Assembly: GCA_050251945.1 (NCBI GenBank)
Contig: JBFWLW010000001.1
Coordinates: forward strand, 544,001-608,000
Length of the DNA: 64,000 nucleotides
Direction: 5' to 3'
Source of the DNA: Deferribacterales bacterium
GTDB taxonomy: Bacteria; Chrysiogenota; Deferribacteres; Deferribacterales; Geovibrionaceae
Positions 37,365 to 47,828 of this stretch are shown here, in pieces. How positions within the stretch are numbered: position 1 is the stretch's first letter; the number at the start of each line of letters is the position of its first letter. The position numbers were made by a program, and so were the translations under genes. The notes under the pieces were generated by a model. It was not told the DNA's origin. It was given only the letters and a program-made list of their open reading frames with translations, and made no database searches.

Positions 37365-37751
37365 ATGAACGCTCTTATAAACGAACTCAAAAAGGATCAC
37401 GAACAACTGCTTAAGATACTTCAGGAAACACAGGATCTCGGACTTGTCACCGATGCCGGACGTAAAAAACTGCTGGAAGGTAAAAAACTCCTTGCGGACC
37501 ACCTTATGAAAGAAGATATAAAACTCTATCCGGTGCTGGCAAAAAGCGGTTCAGCCGTTACCGCAAACGAATTCGCAGTGGAAATGAAAGGGCTCACAAG
37601 CTCTATTCTGAATTTCATCAACAGGCTTGAAACATCGAAAAACGATATGGAATATGCGAAAGAACTGGGCAGGATAGTCTCCACCCTCAAAATGCGCATC
37701 CGAAGGGAAGAAATTCAGCTTTACCCGCTTTACGAAAAAATGAGTGCATAA
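37365..37751 (+). CDS. Hemerythrin/HHE cation-binding domain protein
   Basis: LKKDH, HLMKED..LYP, RIRREE..LYP. Confidence 0.85.
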   Translation: MNALINELKKDHEQLLKILQETQDLGLVTDAGRKKLLEGKKLLADHLMKEDIKLYPVLAKSGSAVTANEFAVEMKGLTSSILNFINRLETSKNDMEYAKELGRIVSTLKMRIRREEIQLYPLYEKMSA

Positions 37752-37777
37752 AACAACTTACAAAGTCAGGAAAATGC

Positions 37778-37861
37778 GAGATCGCGTCGTCGCATGCGCT
37801 CCTCGCGAAGACATAAGATACTGTCATTGCGGGGAAGCTGACGGGCTGACGAAGCAATCTC
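37778..37861. repeat. REP-like palindromic element (GAGAT[CT]GC...CTCGC.A.GAC / GTC.[CT]TGCG...GAAGCA.TCT family), copy A
   Basis: Same bipartite motif at 37912, 44324, 54415 and 57024. Confidence 0.8.
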
Positions 37862-37885
37862 ATTACTAGGCGCATGAAAGCGTCT

Positions 37886-38019
37886 TTAAGACTGATTACA
37901 AAATCAAAAAAAGATCGCGCCGTCGCGTACGCTCATCGCGAAGACAAAAAAACGTCTCTGCGAGGGGTTTTAACCCGAAGCAGTCTGAGTCTTTGTAAAT
38001 TTAATTTGTCAACAACCTG
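37886..38019. mobile_element. MITE-like element with IS1182-like ends, containing REP copy B
   Basis: Ends aagactgattacaaa / tttgtcaacaacctg; flanked by imperfect direct repeats aggcgcatgaaagcgtct / aggcgcatacaagcgcct. Confidence 0.6.
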
Positions 38020-38043
38020 AGGCGCATACAAGCGCCTTTTTTT

Positions 38044-38565
38044 TTACAAAGGAAGACCGTTGAGCAGAATCCTGCTGCCCTTATCCGGACTCTCTTCGTA
38101 GTCCTGAAAATTCTGTAACTTTGAAACAAGTTCATCAGGGTCAGCGACGCCTTTAACAACGGCAGCCAGACCGCCGGAGGCGAACACGGCTATTGTTCCG
38201 TAATTCATAAACCTGCCGAAAATACCCTTTCCCGCCACCAGCAGATTGACTTCTGTCGTATCAAGCTGAACAACGTTTCTTCTGAGTATCCCGCGCGTCA
38301 CTATAAATCTTTTATCTGTAAAACCTATCTCAGTATTCTTGAAATGCATGAAAGTGAAAAAGAACGGATACAGCCCGGCAAACAGGATAACTGCATATAT
38401 TCCTCTATAGCCAATCCCCCATGAAGAAACCACTGCAAATCCGCTGAAAGCAACCAGAACAAGAAATGCACCGAACATCATGGGCAGAACAAGCGGAAAC
38501 ACCTTGACCCTGTTGATACAGATGACTTTTTCGTCGGGTTTAACGATATTTTCGATATAGCTCAT
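38044..38565 (-). CDS. bPH_2 (bacterial PH domain) membrane protein
   Basis: Two TMs, then TEIGFTDKR....GIL.R...GIFGR.MNYGTI. Confidence 0.85.
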   Translation of the reverse strand: MSYIENIVKPDEKVICINRVKVFPLVLPMMFGAFLVLVAFSGFAVVSSWGIGYRGIYAVILFAGLYPFFFTFMHFKNTEIGFTDKRFIVTRGILRRNVVQLDTTEVNLLVAGKGIFGRFMNYGTIAVFASGGLAAVVKGVADPDELVSKLQNFQDYEESPDKGSRILLNGLPL

Positions 38566-38571
38566 TTTTTA

Positions 38572-39897
38572 TTATTCCATCCCGTATTTTTCCAGCCTGT
38601 AAAGAAGCACATGGCGGGGTATATTCAGATATTTCGCTGTGCGGCTTTTGTTCCCGCCGAATTTCGCAAGTGCGCGGGTGATGATTGTCTTCTCCATCTC
38701 TTCAAGATCCAGCCCCTCATCCGGCAGATGCATGTTCATACAGGTGACGATATCCGCGCTGTCCGCCTTTATATCGTTTGCCGATACCTCGCCCTGCCCT
38801 TTAAGAATACAGAGACGATACACAGTATTTTCAAGCTCGCGGATATTGCCTTTCCAGCGTGCATTGGCAAGCTTTGTCAGCGCTTCTTTGGAAAAAGTGA
38901 CCTTTGAACCGTATTTCTTTGAGAACAGTTCGACAAGTTCGCCGATATCCTCTCTGCGCTGTTCCAGCGAAGGAACGTCCACAGGGAACACATCCAGCCT
39001 GTAATACAGGTCTTCCCGAAAAGTTCCGTTATCGCTCATCTCTTTAAGGTTTTTATTTGTAGCGGCAACCACCCGCGTGTCTATCTTAACCGGCAGAGCC
39101 GACCCCACCGGCTGGATTTCCGATTCCTGCAGAAATCTAAGAAGCTTCACCTGAACTGAAAGGGGCATCTCCCCTATCTCGTCCAGAAAAAGAGTGCCGC
39201 CCTCAGCCTCCGCTATTTTGCCTTTATAATCCCTGTCCGCTCCTGTGAACGAACCTTTCCTGTGCCCGAAAAGTTCGCTTTCAAAAAGCTGTTCGGGTAT
39301 TGCCGCGCAGTTCACGGCTATGAACTGCTTATCGGAGCGGGCGCTTTTCACATGGACATATCTGGCGGCAAGTTCCTTGCCCGTTCCGCTTTCACCCAGC
39401 ACCAGAACAGGAGCATCCGTCGGAGCCACCGTCTCGGCGAGTTTCAGCATAGCCTTGAATGCAGGACTGCTGCCCGCCATCCTCGGCATATTTGTTTCTT
39501 TCATATATTGCTTAAGTCTGCTGTTCTCCCTGCGGATACTGCTGATTTCAATGGCTTTCCTGATAGCGTTGAGCAGGTCTTCATTCTCGAACGGCTTTGT
39601 TATGTAATCGTATGCGCCGTTTCTTATTGCGGCGACTGCATCGGGTATGTTCCCGAAGGCAGTCATTATAATCACAGGCATATCGGGATATAGCTGTTTC
39701 GATTTTTCAAATATCTCCATACCAGAAATTTTCGGCAGGCGGATGTCGGTGACAAGAACATCATAACTGCTTTCCGTGAGTTTTGCCATCCCTTCAAATC
39801 CGTTGTGTACAACCTCGTTAGCCACACCCTCACCTGTGAGGAACATGGAAACCAGCGTCGCGAGGGAAACGTTATCTTCAATTATCAAAACGCTCAT
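38572..39897 (-). CDS. NtrC/ZraR-family sigma54 response regulator
   Basis: Receiver domain, GESGTGKE, ELFGH.KGSFTGA, FLDEIGEM, Fis-type HTH. Confidence 0.95.
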   Translation of the reverse strand: MSVLIIEDNVSLATLVSMFLTGEGVANEVVHNGFEGMAKLTESSYDVLVTDIRLPKISGMEIFEKSKQLYPDMPVIIMTAFGNIPDAVAAIRNGAYDYITKPFENEDLLNAIRKAIEISSIRRENSRLKQYMKETNMPRMAGSSPAFKAMLKLAETVAPTDAPVLVLGESGTGKELAARYVHVKSARSDKQFIAVNCAAIPEQLFESELFGHRKGSFTGADRDYKGKIAEAEGGTLFLDEIGEMPLSVQVKLLRFLQESEIQPVGSALPVKIDTRVVAATNKNLKEMSDNGTFREDLYYRLDVFPVDVPSLEQRREDIGELVELFSKKYGSKVTFSKEALTKLANARWKGNIRELENTVYRLCILKGQGEVSANDIKADSADIVTCMNMHLPDEGLDLEEMEKTIITRALAKFGGNKSRTAKYLNIPRHVLLYRLEKYGME

Positions 39898-40961
39898 TTA
39901 TGCCTGTCCTGTATATACATTGTAAAAACCGTACCGTCTGCGTCCGAGCTGACGGTTATCTCCCCGCCGTGCGCATTGGCTATGCTCCCTGCAATGGGCA
40001 GTCCAAGCCCTGTCCCGTCGTCCTTAGTAGTAAAGAAAGGCTCGAATATCCTGTCGGCGTTCTCAATACCGCTCCCGTTGTCCGCCACGGCAAAAAAGGT
40101 TCTGTCCTTCTCATGCCCGGCGGAGATAGTCACTCTGCCGTTTCCGACACCTTCAACAGCGTCCACCCCGTTCAGCACAAGGTTCAGAAGCGCCTGTTTC
40201 AGCGAGTTCTTATCACCAAATACAGTAAAACCATCAGGCAGAGGATTTTCAACGGTTATTGCGACATCCCTGCGGGATGCAGAAAGTTTTGAAAGCTCCG
40301 CAACCTCCGCCAGAAGCGAAGAGATCACTATATCGCACGGGTCGTTATTACCGAAACGGGCATATTGCAGGAACCTGTTGACGAAGCTGTTGAGCCTCTC
40401 TATCTCCGATTCCAGAATATCCGTTATCCGCGGGTCGGTCTTGCCGCTCTTTATCATGGCTATGCCCGACTTGATAGCGGCAAGGGGATTGCGTATCTCG
40501 TGGGCTATCCCCGCACTTAACTGACCAAGGGAACGCAGTCTGTCGTCATGCGCCATCTTCTTCTCAAGAAGAAGCTTTTCGGCAGACATCTGCTCCACCT
40601 TACGCTTTTCGTCCTTAAGTTTGCCGGAAAAATAGCCGGACACTATGCCCACTGCATATATCATGGATATCTCCACAAGAGAAGGAACATGATGATGTCC
40701 GAAATGCCCTGAAAATACACCGAGATAAGCATTAGGGCTGTATATCACTGTCATGGCTGCGGCAACGATAACACCGCCTTTAAAACCGAATTTAAAGGCG
40801 GCGTATATTACAATGATATAAAATATGTAGTAATGCGCCAGATGCACGGCGCTGAAATGGGACGGCACGCTGTAGTGAAAATATGTCACCACCGCCGTGG
40901 ACAGCAATATTATGCCGATGGATATCAGCGTGTCTTTATCAGGCTTGCTTTTCGATTCCAC
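39894..40961 (-). CDS. Membrane sensor histidine kinase
   Basis: AHEIRNPL, N/G/F boxes (FEPFFTTK, GTGLGL); His-rich TM sensor region. Confidence 0.93.
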   Translation of the reverse strand: MESKSKPDKDTLISIGIILLSTAVVTYFHYSVPSHFSAVHLAHYYIFYIIVIYAAFKFGFKGGVIVAAAMTVIYSPNAYLGVFSGHFGHHHVPSLVEISMIYAVGIVSGYFSGKLKDEKRKVEQMSAEKLLLEKKMAHDDRLRSLGQLSAGIAHEIRNPLAAIKSGIAMIKSGKTDPRITDILESEIERLNSFVNRFLQYARFGNNDPCDIVISSLLAEVAELSKLSASRRDVAITVENPLPDGFTVFGDKNSLKQALLNLVLNGVDAVEGVGNGRVTISAGHEKDRTFFAVADNGSGIENADRIFEPFFTTKDDGTGLGLPIAGSIANAHGGEITVSSDADGTVFTMYIQDRHK

Positions 40962-41622
40962 TTACCAACCCGTCCTCCATGCTGACAATCGTGTGACCCG
41001 CCTTTGCGTATTCGGGTGAATGTGTCACCATCACAACGGCAAGTCCGGTGCTGTTCAGCTCCCTCAATAAATCTATTATAGCATTTCCTGTTTTGCTATC
41101 AAGACTTCCGGTGGGTTCATCCGCAAACAGAACGGAAGGTTTTTTTATAAGAGCCCGCGCAATGGCGACCCTCTGCTGTTCCCCGCCTGAAAGTTTTCCG
41201 GGAAGGCGGTTCTCTTTGCCCTCAAGTCCGACACTGGAAAGTATCCTGTTCGCCTCTTCGCGCAGTTCTTTCCCGATGGGTCTCAGACCGTGCATATAAG
41301 GCAGAAGAACGTTCTCCGCCGCAGTCAGATACGGAAACAGATGATACGCCTGAAATATTACCGATATATCGTTGCGCCGCACCAGATTTATCTGCGATGA
41401 GGATGCTGTTGTAAGCTCCGTGCCTTTGAACATTATGCTCCCGCTGTCGGGTTCAAGAAGAGTTGACATTATATTCATCATCGTGCTCTTACCGGAACCG
41501 GATTTCCCCACGATACTGACAAATTCCCCTTCCGCAACGTCAATGCTGACACCTTTCAGCACTTTTGCCGAAACACCGTCCGCAGTGTATGTCTTGTGTA
41601 TATCTTTCAGATTAAGCATCAT
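40939..41622 (-). CDS. ABC transporter ATP-binding protein (LolD/MacB-like)
   Basis: [29 protein letters not shown]. Confidence 0.95.
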   Translation of the reverse strand: MMLNLKDIHKTYTADGVSAKVLKGVSIDVAEGEFVSIVGKSGSGKSTMMNIMSTLLEPDSGSIMFKGTELTTASSSQINLVRRNDISVIFQAYHLFPYLTAAENVLLPYMHGLRPIGKELREEANRILSSVGLEGKENRLPGKLSGGEQQRVAIARALIKKPSVLFADEPTGSLDSKTGNAIIDLLRELNSTGLAVVMVTHSPEYAKAGHTIVSMEDGLVSGIEKQA

Positions 41623-41630
41623 CCCCCCCC

Positions 41631-42794
41631 TTATATCCTGCTGAACGCATCTGTCGGGCGCATCTGTGCGGCTTTAAGCGCCGGAAATGCCGATGCACAG
41701 ACGGAAAGTGCCGATACGGCGGCAACCGTAACAAGCAGATGGAGCCAGTTGAACGTTATGTGCGCGTTCTCTCCAAGCGACAGAATCTTCAGAAGCTCGC
41801 CGCTGCCGAGATAGCCTCCGGCATAACCGAGTATGCCTGACACACCACCTATTATAAGAGATTCAAAACTGAATATTATAAATATCTTACCACCTGAATA
41901 GCCGAGAGCGCGCAATATGCCTATTTCGTTTTTACGCTCATTTACAGCGGCAAGCATGAACATCGCAAGCATAAAGCAGGCGGTAAGCAGTATGACACCG
42001 CCGAGTCCAAGCACAAGATGCTGAACTGTCTGGATTGTCGCCATACGCTGTTTAACTATGTTCTGCATGGCGTTTATCTCGGTATCAGGCAGCTTTTCGG
42101 ATATCTGATGCACTATGTCCTCTATTGGGCAGCCGGCGCAGAGGGCGGCGACATCCGCGTAATTTATCAGGTTGGGCTTGTTTACCGCCGCCTGAAGACT
42201 ATGAAGATCCGCGAATATACTGTTGTCGTCCTCCGTACCAGTCGGCTTAAGAACACCTGAAACCACGAATGATTTGTTTCCTACAGGTATAGTGTCTCCG
42301 GTTTTGAGTCCCAGATGTTCAGCCGCTCTGCTTCCGGCGATAACCTCGTCGGTCTTTGCAGGTACTCCCCCCATGACCGACCAATAACTTTTTATGCGCA
42401 TTTCCTGCGCAAAAATAACACCGACCACCGCCACCGGTTTGTTTTTATAGTGTATAAGCTCAAGAAGTTTGGGGGCGACGGTACTTATATTTTTATTCAG
42501 CTCAATGCCGTATATAGCGTTAACGGTCTCCTTCTCAGGCAGATATCTGACCTGATATGCAAGGTTTCCCATGGAAAACCCGCCGTAGCTTATCTTAAGT
42601 GATTCAGTCTTAGGATATATGACCACATTCGCGCCGAACGCCGTCATCTTCTCTTCAAGAGAATGTCCGATGGAACGGGAAACATTATAAAGAAGCACTA
42701 CAGAAAGGATACCCAGCGTAAAAACAGCAACAAGTATTCCTGTGCGCAGAAGCTTCCGCTTAAGATTTCTGAAAGGCAGCGTGAATATGTTCAT
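41631..42794 (-). CDS. ABC transporter permease (FtsX/MacB-like)
   Basis: ERKNEIGILRALG; periplasmic CAGC motif. Confidence 0.9.
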   Translation of the reverse strand: MNIFTLPFRNLKRKLLRTGILVAVFTLGILSVVLLYNVSRSIGHSLEEKMTAFGANVVIYPKTESLKISYGGFSMGNLAYQVRYLPEKETVNAIYGIELNKNISTVAPKLLELIHYKNKPVAVVGVIFAQEMRIKSYWSVMGGVPAKTDEVIAGSRAAEHLGLKTGDTIPVGNKSFVVSGVLKPTGTEDDNSIFADLHSLQAAVNKPNLINYADVAALCAGCPIEDIVHQISEKLPDTEINAMQNIVKQRMATIQTVQHLVLGLGGVILLTACFMLAMFMLAAVNERKNEIGILRALGYSGGKIFIIFSFESLIIGGVSGILGYAGGYLGSGELLKILSLGENAHITFNWLHLLVTVAAVSALSVCASAFPALKAAQMRPTDAFSRI

Positions 42795-42802
42795 GCATCA
42801 CC

Positions 42803-43240
42803 CTAGAAGTACATGCCGCCGGAGCGGATATCGTCAACTTTTATGGTTATCTGTTTGCCGTCAAGTCCTCTGTTCAGAGGTGACGGGTTACATCCGCCCT
42901 TGACTTCGTTTATCCTGCTGGTGTCAAATTTCTGACCGCAGTTGTTGCACACCATGACGCTGCCTTCCTGCCTGTATCCTTTCTTTTCAGGGTAACAAAC
43001 GTCACAGGCATCAAAAGCCGCGCGGACTATGCCGTCTTCTGCGCGTACAAGGAAAAATTTGATCTCTTTTCCGTCCACAACAGTGTAGTAATAATGTGCC
43101 TGAGTGTCGCTCACTTCCGATTCGGAGATGGTTATTAATCCATTCTGAGCCTTAAGCTCTTTGTATTTACCGGTTTGCCCGCAAGCAGACAGTATAAAAG
43201 CGAAAATAAGTGCGGAAAGAAGATATACAAATTTACGCAT
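42803..43240 (-). CDS. DUF2318-family Cys-rich lipoprotein (start revised to 43240)
   Basis: LSAC lipobox; AFDACDVC, CNNCG, GGCNPSP. Confidence 0.88.
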   Translation of the reverse strand: MRKFVYLLSALIFAFILSACGQTGKYKELKAQNGLITISESEVSDTQAHYYYTVVDGKEIKFFLVRAEDGIVRAAFDACDVCYPEKKGYRQEGSVMVCNNCGQKFDTSRINEVKGGCNPSPLNRGLDGKQITIKVDDIRSGGMYF

Positions 43241-43273
43241 TGATTCCTCCATAATATTTCTCATGAAATTTAA

Positions 43274-43360
43274 AGCAACATATATGCCTGAAAAAGAAAC
43301 TGCAAAATGTCAGATATTTATAAAAACAGCTCATAAAAAATGCAGAATATTCTACATTTT
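43274..43360 (-). promoter_or_regulatory. sigma54 -24/-12 promoter plus upstream palindrome
   Basis: Minus strand CAGGCATATATGTTGCT (GG-N10-GC) at 43274-43290; aaaatgcagaat/attctacatttt palindrome at 43337-43360. Confidence 0.7.
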
Positions 43361-43613
43361 TCTTACACTAACCCGAAGATTATTCTTCAAAAAAAATTCA
43401 GAAATCAGGCTTTTTTTGACTGTTTCAGATATGTCAAAGCCCAGAAACATATAGAGTTTTTCATGCATAAAAATAACCCTATATTTCCATATCAGAGTAT
43501 GCATGTATGCGGAAAATACATATATTTGGCTTTACAAATATAAAAAAAGAAAATAGAATTATGAAGACAGAAACACATGTCTAAAAGAACTCTCGCTTAA
43601 AAGGTTTATTTGT

Positions 43614-44306
43614 ATGCTTACATATATGGATTTTAAAAAGAATATTACTGACGGCGACTTTGAGGCTGCCAAAGAGATGCTTAAAGAAGCCGACATCGAC
43701 ACTGCCCCCTTCACAGCACTTGCTAACTCATCAATGTTTCTGTCGCTGCTTTTTCGTTATCCCGACGATAATGTTTACGACCTTTTAAAAGACAATTGGG
43801 ATTCATTCGGCGACTTCATCAGTGAATATACTGAGGATTTTCCCCAAATTTACAATCAGACAGAGATGCAGAGCGACTTCATAAAACTCTTCAAACAGGA
43901 TTTCAAAGGGAGCAAGGTTGTTCCCTATATCTCATATTACACCGAAGAAAATAAAACCCTCTACGGCAAAAGCACTTTCAAAATAAGAGAGTGGATGGCG
44001 GCAGAAGGATTCGTTCTGGACTCCGAAACATCCGACCTCGAAGACAACATATTCATAGTTCTTGAATTTCTTTCAGCAATATTCGGAAGGCTGGCTCAGC
44101 CTGAAAACATAGAAAAGTGGTACGCAACCCTGCAGATTCTTTACAAACTTACAGGCACATACGGTGCCGTTATGACCGAAGAATTTGCAAAACTTGTGCA
44201 GGAGCGGAAAGAAATGCCTTTCTATGCCGCCGCTGCCGCGCTCCTTGACAGTTTTTTAAACGATATCGACACGATTCTGAAGGATGTACTCTCCGACGGG
44301 GAGTAA
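43614..44306 (+). CDS. TorD/DmsD-family molybdoenzyme chaperone
   Basis: FIKLF, VPYISYY, LEDNIFIVLEFL, FYAAAA; near a Tat molybdoenzyme. Confidence 0.8.
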   Translation: MLTYMDFKKNITDGDFEAAKEMLKEADIDTAPFTALANSSMFLSLLFRYPDDNVYDLLKDNWDSFGDFISEYTEDFPQIYNQTEMQSDFIKLFKQDFKGSKVVPYISYYTEENKTLYGKSTFKIREWMAAEGFVLDSETSDLEDNIFIVLEFLSAIFGRLAQPENIEKWYATLQILYKLTGTYGAVMTEEFAKLVQERKEMPFYAAAAALLDSFLNDIDTILKDVLSDGE

Positions 44307-44323
44307 ATTTTCAGATAGATGAT

Positions 44324-44405
44324 GAGATCGCTTCGTCGCTTTGCTCCTCGCGAAGACGTAACTTCCGTTCCGTCTCTGCGAACCCCAGCGGGGTGAAGCA
44401 GTCTC
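44324..44405. repeat. REP-like element, copy C
   Basis: gagatcgcttcgtcgct...ctcgcgaagac / gtctctgcga...gaagcagtctc. Confidence 0.8.
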
Positions 44406-44473
44406 GTCTTACCACCTCCTTTATATAAAACATTCGCCTTCTTTTGTGCGAATGTTTCTGCACCGGGCTAACC

Positions 44474-44550
44474 GGAAAGGAGGGTCGGGGTGGATTTGAT
44501 TAGCATTTAATGTAAATCCCTCCAAACCTCCCATTGTTAAAGGGAGGCTT
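44474..44550. repeat. Second REP-like palindrome family
   Basis: ggagggtcggggtggattt ... aaatccctccaaacctccc...aagggagg. Confidence 0.5.
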
Positions 44551-44673
44551 AAACGACGGAAGAAAAATTTTGATAAGAAGTCGATGAAGTAATTAAAAGG
44601 GTAAATCTTTTTTATGCCCTTTTATATATGGCGGTTCCATACAGACCGTTCGTAATACTATAGGGAGTATTGT

Positions 44674-46611
44674 ATGAGGAAAGTATTGTCATTTATTCTC
44701 CTTACGATGTTTGCTGCTTCTGCCTATGCAGCGGATGTCACCCTTGAGGAGCTGAAAGGTCAGATTTCAGATCTTCAAAACCAGATCAACACAATGTCTC
44801 AGCGTGTTGACAAAAACGAAGTTCACCGTATCAAAGATAAAGTTGATATCGGCATAGAACTGAGAACAAAAGTTGACAGCATCAGCTATGAAGACATGAG
44901 AGCTATGGATGCTATGACCAACGATATGATGGGTCTTTGGCTGCAAGGCTATATGATCAACGGCGACGCTATGGATTCCACCGGTGCCTTCACCGGCGTA
45001 ACAACTGACTGGGATACAAACGGCGACGGTTTCAACGACGCATGGATGAACACATACGGCGCTGATTTCATGAATTTCGCTTACGGTTATGTAACATCAG
45101 CAGAAGGTCAGGCGGCATTCAGCTCTTCCGATATGCAGACATGGCAGACAAACAACGCCACGGCTATCGGAAACGTATACTCTGCCAGCACAGACCTTCA
45201 GGCTATGGGAACAACAGGTCAGTACATTGCCGCTCTTATGGTTTATATGTCACAGGTAATGGACAGCAACACCATATCTGCTTCTGAAGCAAATATGATG
45301 AAATCAATGTTTTCCGCTATGTCACCCCGCAAATACGACCACAACAACGACACAATCTTCACTAACAAGCTGCGTATACGTCTGAACAGCACTGTTAATG
45401 AAAACCTTTCTTTCACCGGTCGTCTGGTTATGTACAAAACATGGGGCGACTCAACTGACGCACGCTGGTTCAACGGAACGTACAACTCCATGAACATGGA
45501 CGGAAACTCCGGAGCAATCCCCACTGACGACAAAATCCACGTTGAAAGAGCTTACTTCGTTTACAAAAATGATATGGGTCCCATCCCCTATCACTTCTCT
45601 TTCGGTAGAAGACCTTCCGACTACGGTCCCGGCGAAGAACTCCGCAACAATGCAACACAGGGTGGTTCTCCCCTTGCGCATATAATCCAGTGGCAGTTCG
45701 ACGGCGGTTCACTCCAGTTCGACTTTGAAAATGTTATCGAAGCACTGCCCGGCTCATTCATCAAGTTCTGCTACGGTAAAGGCTATGAATCCGGATGGGG
45801 TTCAAGCAACGCCACAAGCGCAAACAACGGACTTATCGCAACGCCCTCTGTGGACGACGTTGAGTTCTTCGGAACCATCGTTAAGTTCTATGACGACGAA
45901 ACTTACAAATTCTGGTACAACTATGCCAGAGGATTCGGTGTCACAGACGGTTTCACAGGTTCAACTGTTATGCCTTACAGCATCACAGGTACAGATTATG
46001 ACCTTGACGGAAGCTATGACGCATTCACATTTGATATGAACACATCAGGTTCCTCATCCAGAACAGAAGCAACTGCCGACCTCGGTGACATGGAATGGCA
46101 TTCATTCCTTGCACAAGGCAAGTCTTTCGGATTTGACTGGTTTGCATCATATTCTATGAGCAAATCTCACCCCAACGGCAACACATCAAACAGCGCAATG
46201 TACCAGTTCATGAATCAGGACACACTTCTTGGTTCAGACAGCAGCAAAAACGGTCAGAGCTACTGGGTTGGCGTCTCTACTCCTGAACTGCCCCTTACAG
46301 GCGGTAAATTCGGATTCGAGTACAACCACGGTTCTAAATACTGGGTTGCTATGACAGGCGCTGAAGACGATCTCGTAGGTTCAAAACTTGCTGTCCGCGG
46401 TGATGTTTACGAACTTTACTATCACCAGCCCATCGTTGGCGATAAACTGTTCGCAACACTCGGCTACCAGTACTACGACTACGAATACACCAACTCAGGC
46501 AGCTACCTTGGCGCACCGGTTAAAATTTCCGATGCAACTGCTTTCAACACTATGACCGCAGTAGCTGACAAAGTTGAGAAATTTTACGCTTCCTTCACTT
46601 ACAGATATTGA
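44674..46611 (+). CDS. DUF3373-family outer-membrane porin-like protein
   Basis: Signal peptide, coiled coil, VERAYF, SFGRRPS..G, EYNHGSKYW, aromatic C-terminus FTYRY. Confidence 0.85.
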   Translation: MRKVLSFILLTMFAASAYAADVTLEELKGQISDLQNQINTMSQRVDKNEVHRIKDKVDIGIELRTKVDSISYEDMRAMDAMTNDMMGLWLQGYMINGDAMDSTGAFTGVTTDWDTNGDGFNDAWMNTYGADFMNFAYGYVTSAEGQAAFSSSDMQTWQTNNATAIGNVYSASTDLQAMGTTGQYIAALMVYMSQVMDSNTISASEANMMKSMFSAMSPRKYDHNNDTIFTNKLRIRLNSTVNENLSFTGRLVMYKTWGDSTDARWFNGTYNSMNMDGNSGAIPTDDKIHVERAYFVYKNDMGPIPYHFSFGRRPSDYGPGEELRNNATQGGSPLAHIIQWQFDGGSLQFDFENVIEALPGSFIKFCYGKGYESGWGSSNATSANNGLIATPSVDDVEFFGTIVKFYDDETYKFWYNYARGFGVTDGFTGSTVMPYSITGTDYDLDGSYDAFTFDMNTSGSSSRTEATADLGDMEWHSFLAQGKSFGFDWFASYSMSKSHPNGNTSNSAMYQFMNQDTLLGSDSSKNGQSYWVGVSTPELPLTGGKFGFEYNHGSKYWVAMTGAEDDLVGSKLAVRGDVYELYYHQPIVGDKLFATLGYQYYDYEYTNSGSYLGAPVKISDATAFNTMTAVADKVEKFYASFTYRY

Positions 46612-46632
46612 TCCCCTGTAGGTTTTTTGTGA

Positions 46633-46665
46633 GAAGGGCAGCCCGCTTGGGCTGCCTTTTCTTTT
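46633..46665 (+). terminator. Rho-independent terminator
   Basis: aagggcagccc-gctt-gggctgccttttctttt. Confidence 0.85.
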
Positions 46666-46974
46666 CCATTCACAACAAATAACTTTTAGCAATAAATCAA
46701 ATTTTGCAAATTTAATTCTTGAATATCTATAGAAATCAGGTATTGATGATAGTATATTTATTTATGCGCGTTTATACATATGCGTACATTGTAAGTAAAC
46801 AAGAGTTTATCGCAAATTACACAAAACTGTTTTCAAAACGCACCGGTGCTGACGCTTCATGTGATGCGGAAATCAGTTTTTCGTATTGTTTGTTGATAAA
46901 CCAGAATAAACCAGCGCATTAAGGTATCAACTTTATTTTTAACTATTTTATTACGATGCGCGAAAGGAAGAAAT

Positions 46975-47436
46975 ATGGCACGTCCTGTAAAAAAGAGACT
47001 TGTCAAGCACAGGCTGACATACAAGGCTTTCGGTCCTGTGAACATTGACGAGACCAAAGATTCAAAAGTTATCGCAATCCCGGCTGACCAGCTTGAGGCG
47101 ATGCGCCTCGCTGACCTGGAGGGTTTGTCCCAAAACGACGCCGCCGACCAGATGGGTGTTTCGAGACAGACCTTCGGACGCATTATCGAACAGGCAAGGC
47201 AATCAGTAACCTACGCTCTGATCAACGGTTTTATCCTCAGTATTGCATATGACAGCAACATAGAAATATGCGAACGAGACCTGAAATGTATCGAATGCGG
47301 ACATGAATGGTGTCAGGGATTCTGCCAGTCTGAGGAAGATACCGTATGCGAAAAATGCGGTTCTCATGAGATCATCAAAATGAAACGATGCGGTAAATAC
47401 TGCGAATGTCCCTTAAAGGTAAATAAGGTGATCTAA
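46975..47436 (+). CDS. DUF134 HTH protein with C-terminal zinc ribbon
   Basis: MARP.KKR, EAMRLADLEGLSQ..AA.QMGVSRQTF, CIECG, CEKCGS. Confidence 0.9.
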   Translation: MARPVKKRLVKHRLTYKAFGPVNIDETKDSKVIAIPADQLEAMRLADLEGLSQNDAADQMGVSRQTFGRIIEQARQSVTYALINGFILSIAYDSNIEICERDLKCIECGHEWCQGFCQSEEDTVCEKCGSHEIIKMKRCGKYCECPLKVNKVI

Positions 47437-47828
47437 AATTTTTGAGCCGTGTCTGATTTTTTTTCAGGCACGGCGTTCATACTTTTTTCTGTTTTTTTTA
47501 TTCAAATTTCCATCAATAAATCAATACGTTCAAATAAAACCATATACATCCTAATTTAAGTAAATTATAACAAAAGAGAATACACGTGCGTCCGTTTTAG
47601 ACGGAGCTTACTTAAACACAAGGCGATAATACATCTAATTTTAGCCTTTTCATATGAACCACTTAAAACGTTATATAAAAATCTAACAACGTTTAAAAAT
47701 CGATAAAAAACACCAGAAATCGCTTGCTTAAATGTATGAAAATCTGTATATTGTATACCGTATACATAGAGATGTACGAATAGTATTTTTAAGATACTGA
47801 TGTTGTTACACAATTAGGAGGTCCCCCT

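Noticed and set aside
39805..40524. Long antisense ORFs (also 32773-33444, 36569-37162, 55418-55951, 59880-60464, 63020-63580)
   Set aside because: Shadow frames opposite well-supported genes, with no motifs or RBS.
44330..44670. Moco/tungsten riboswitch or sRNA upstream of the porin
   Set aside because: The structured parts are explained by two REP-like families; no riboswitch consensus was recognised.
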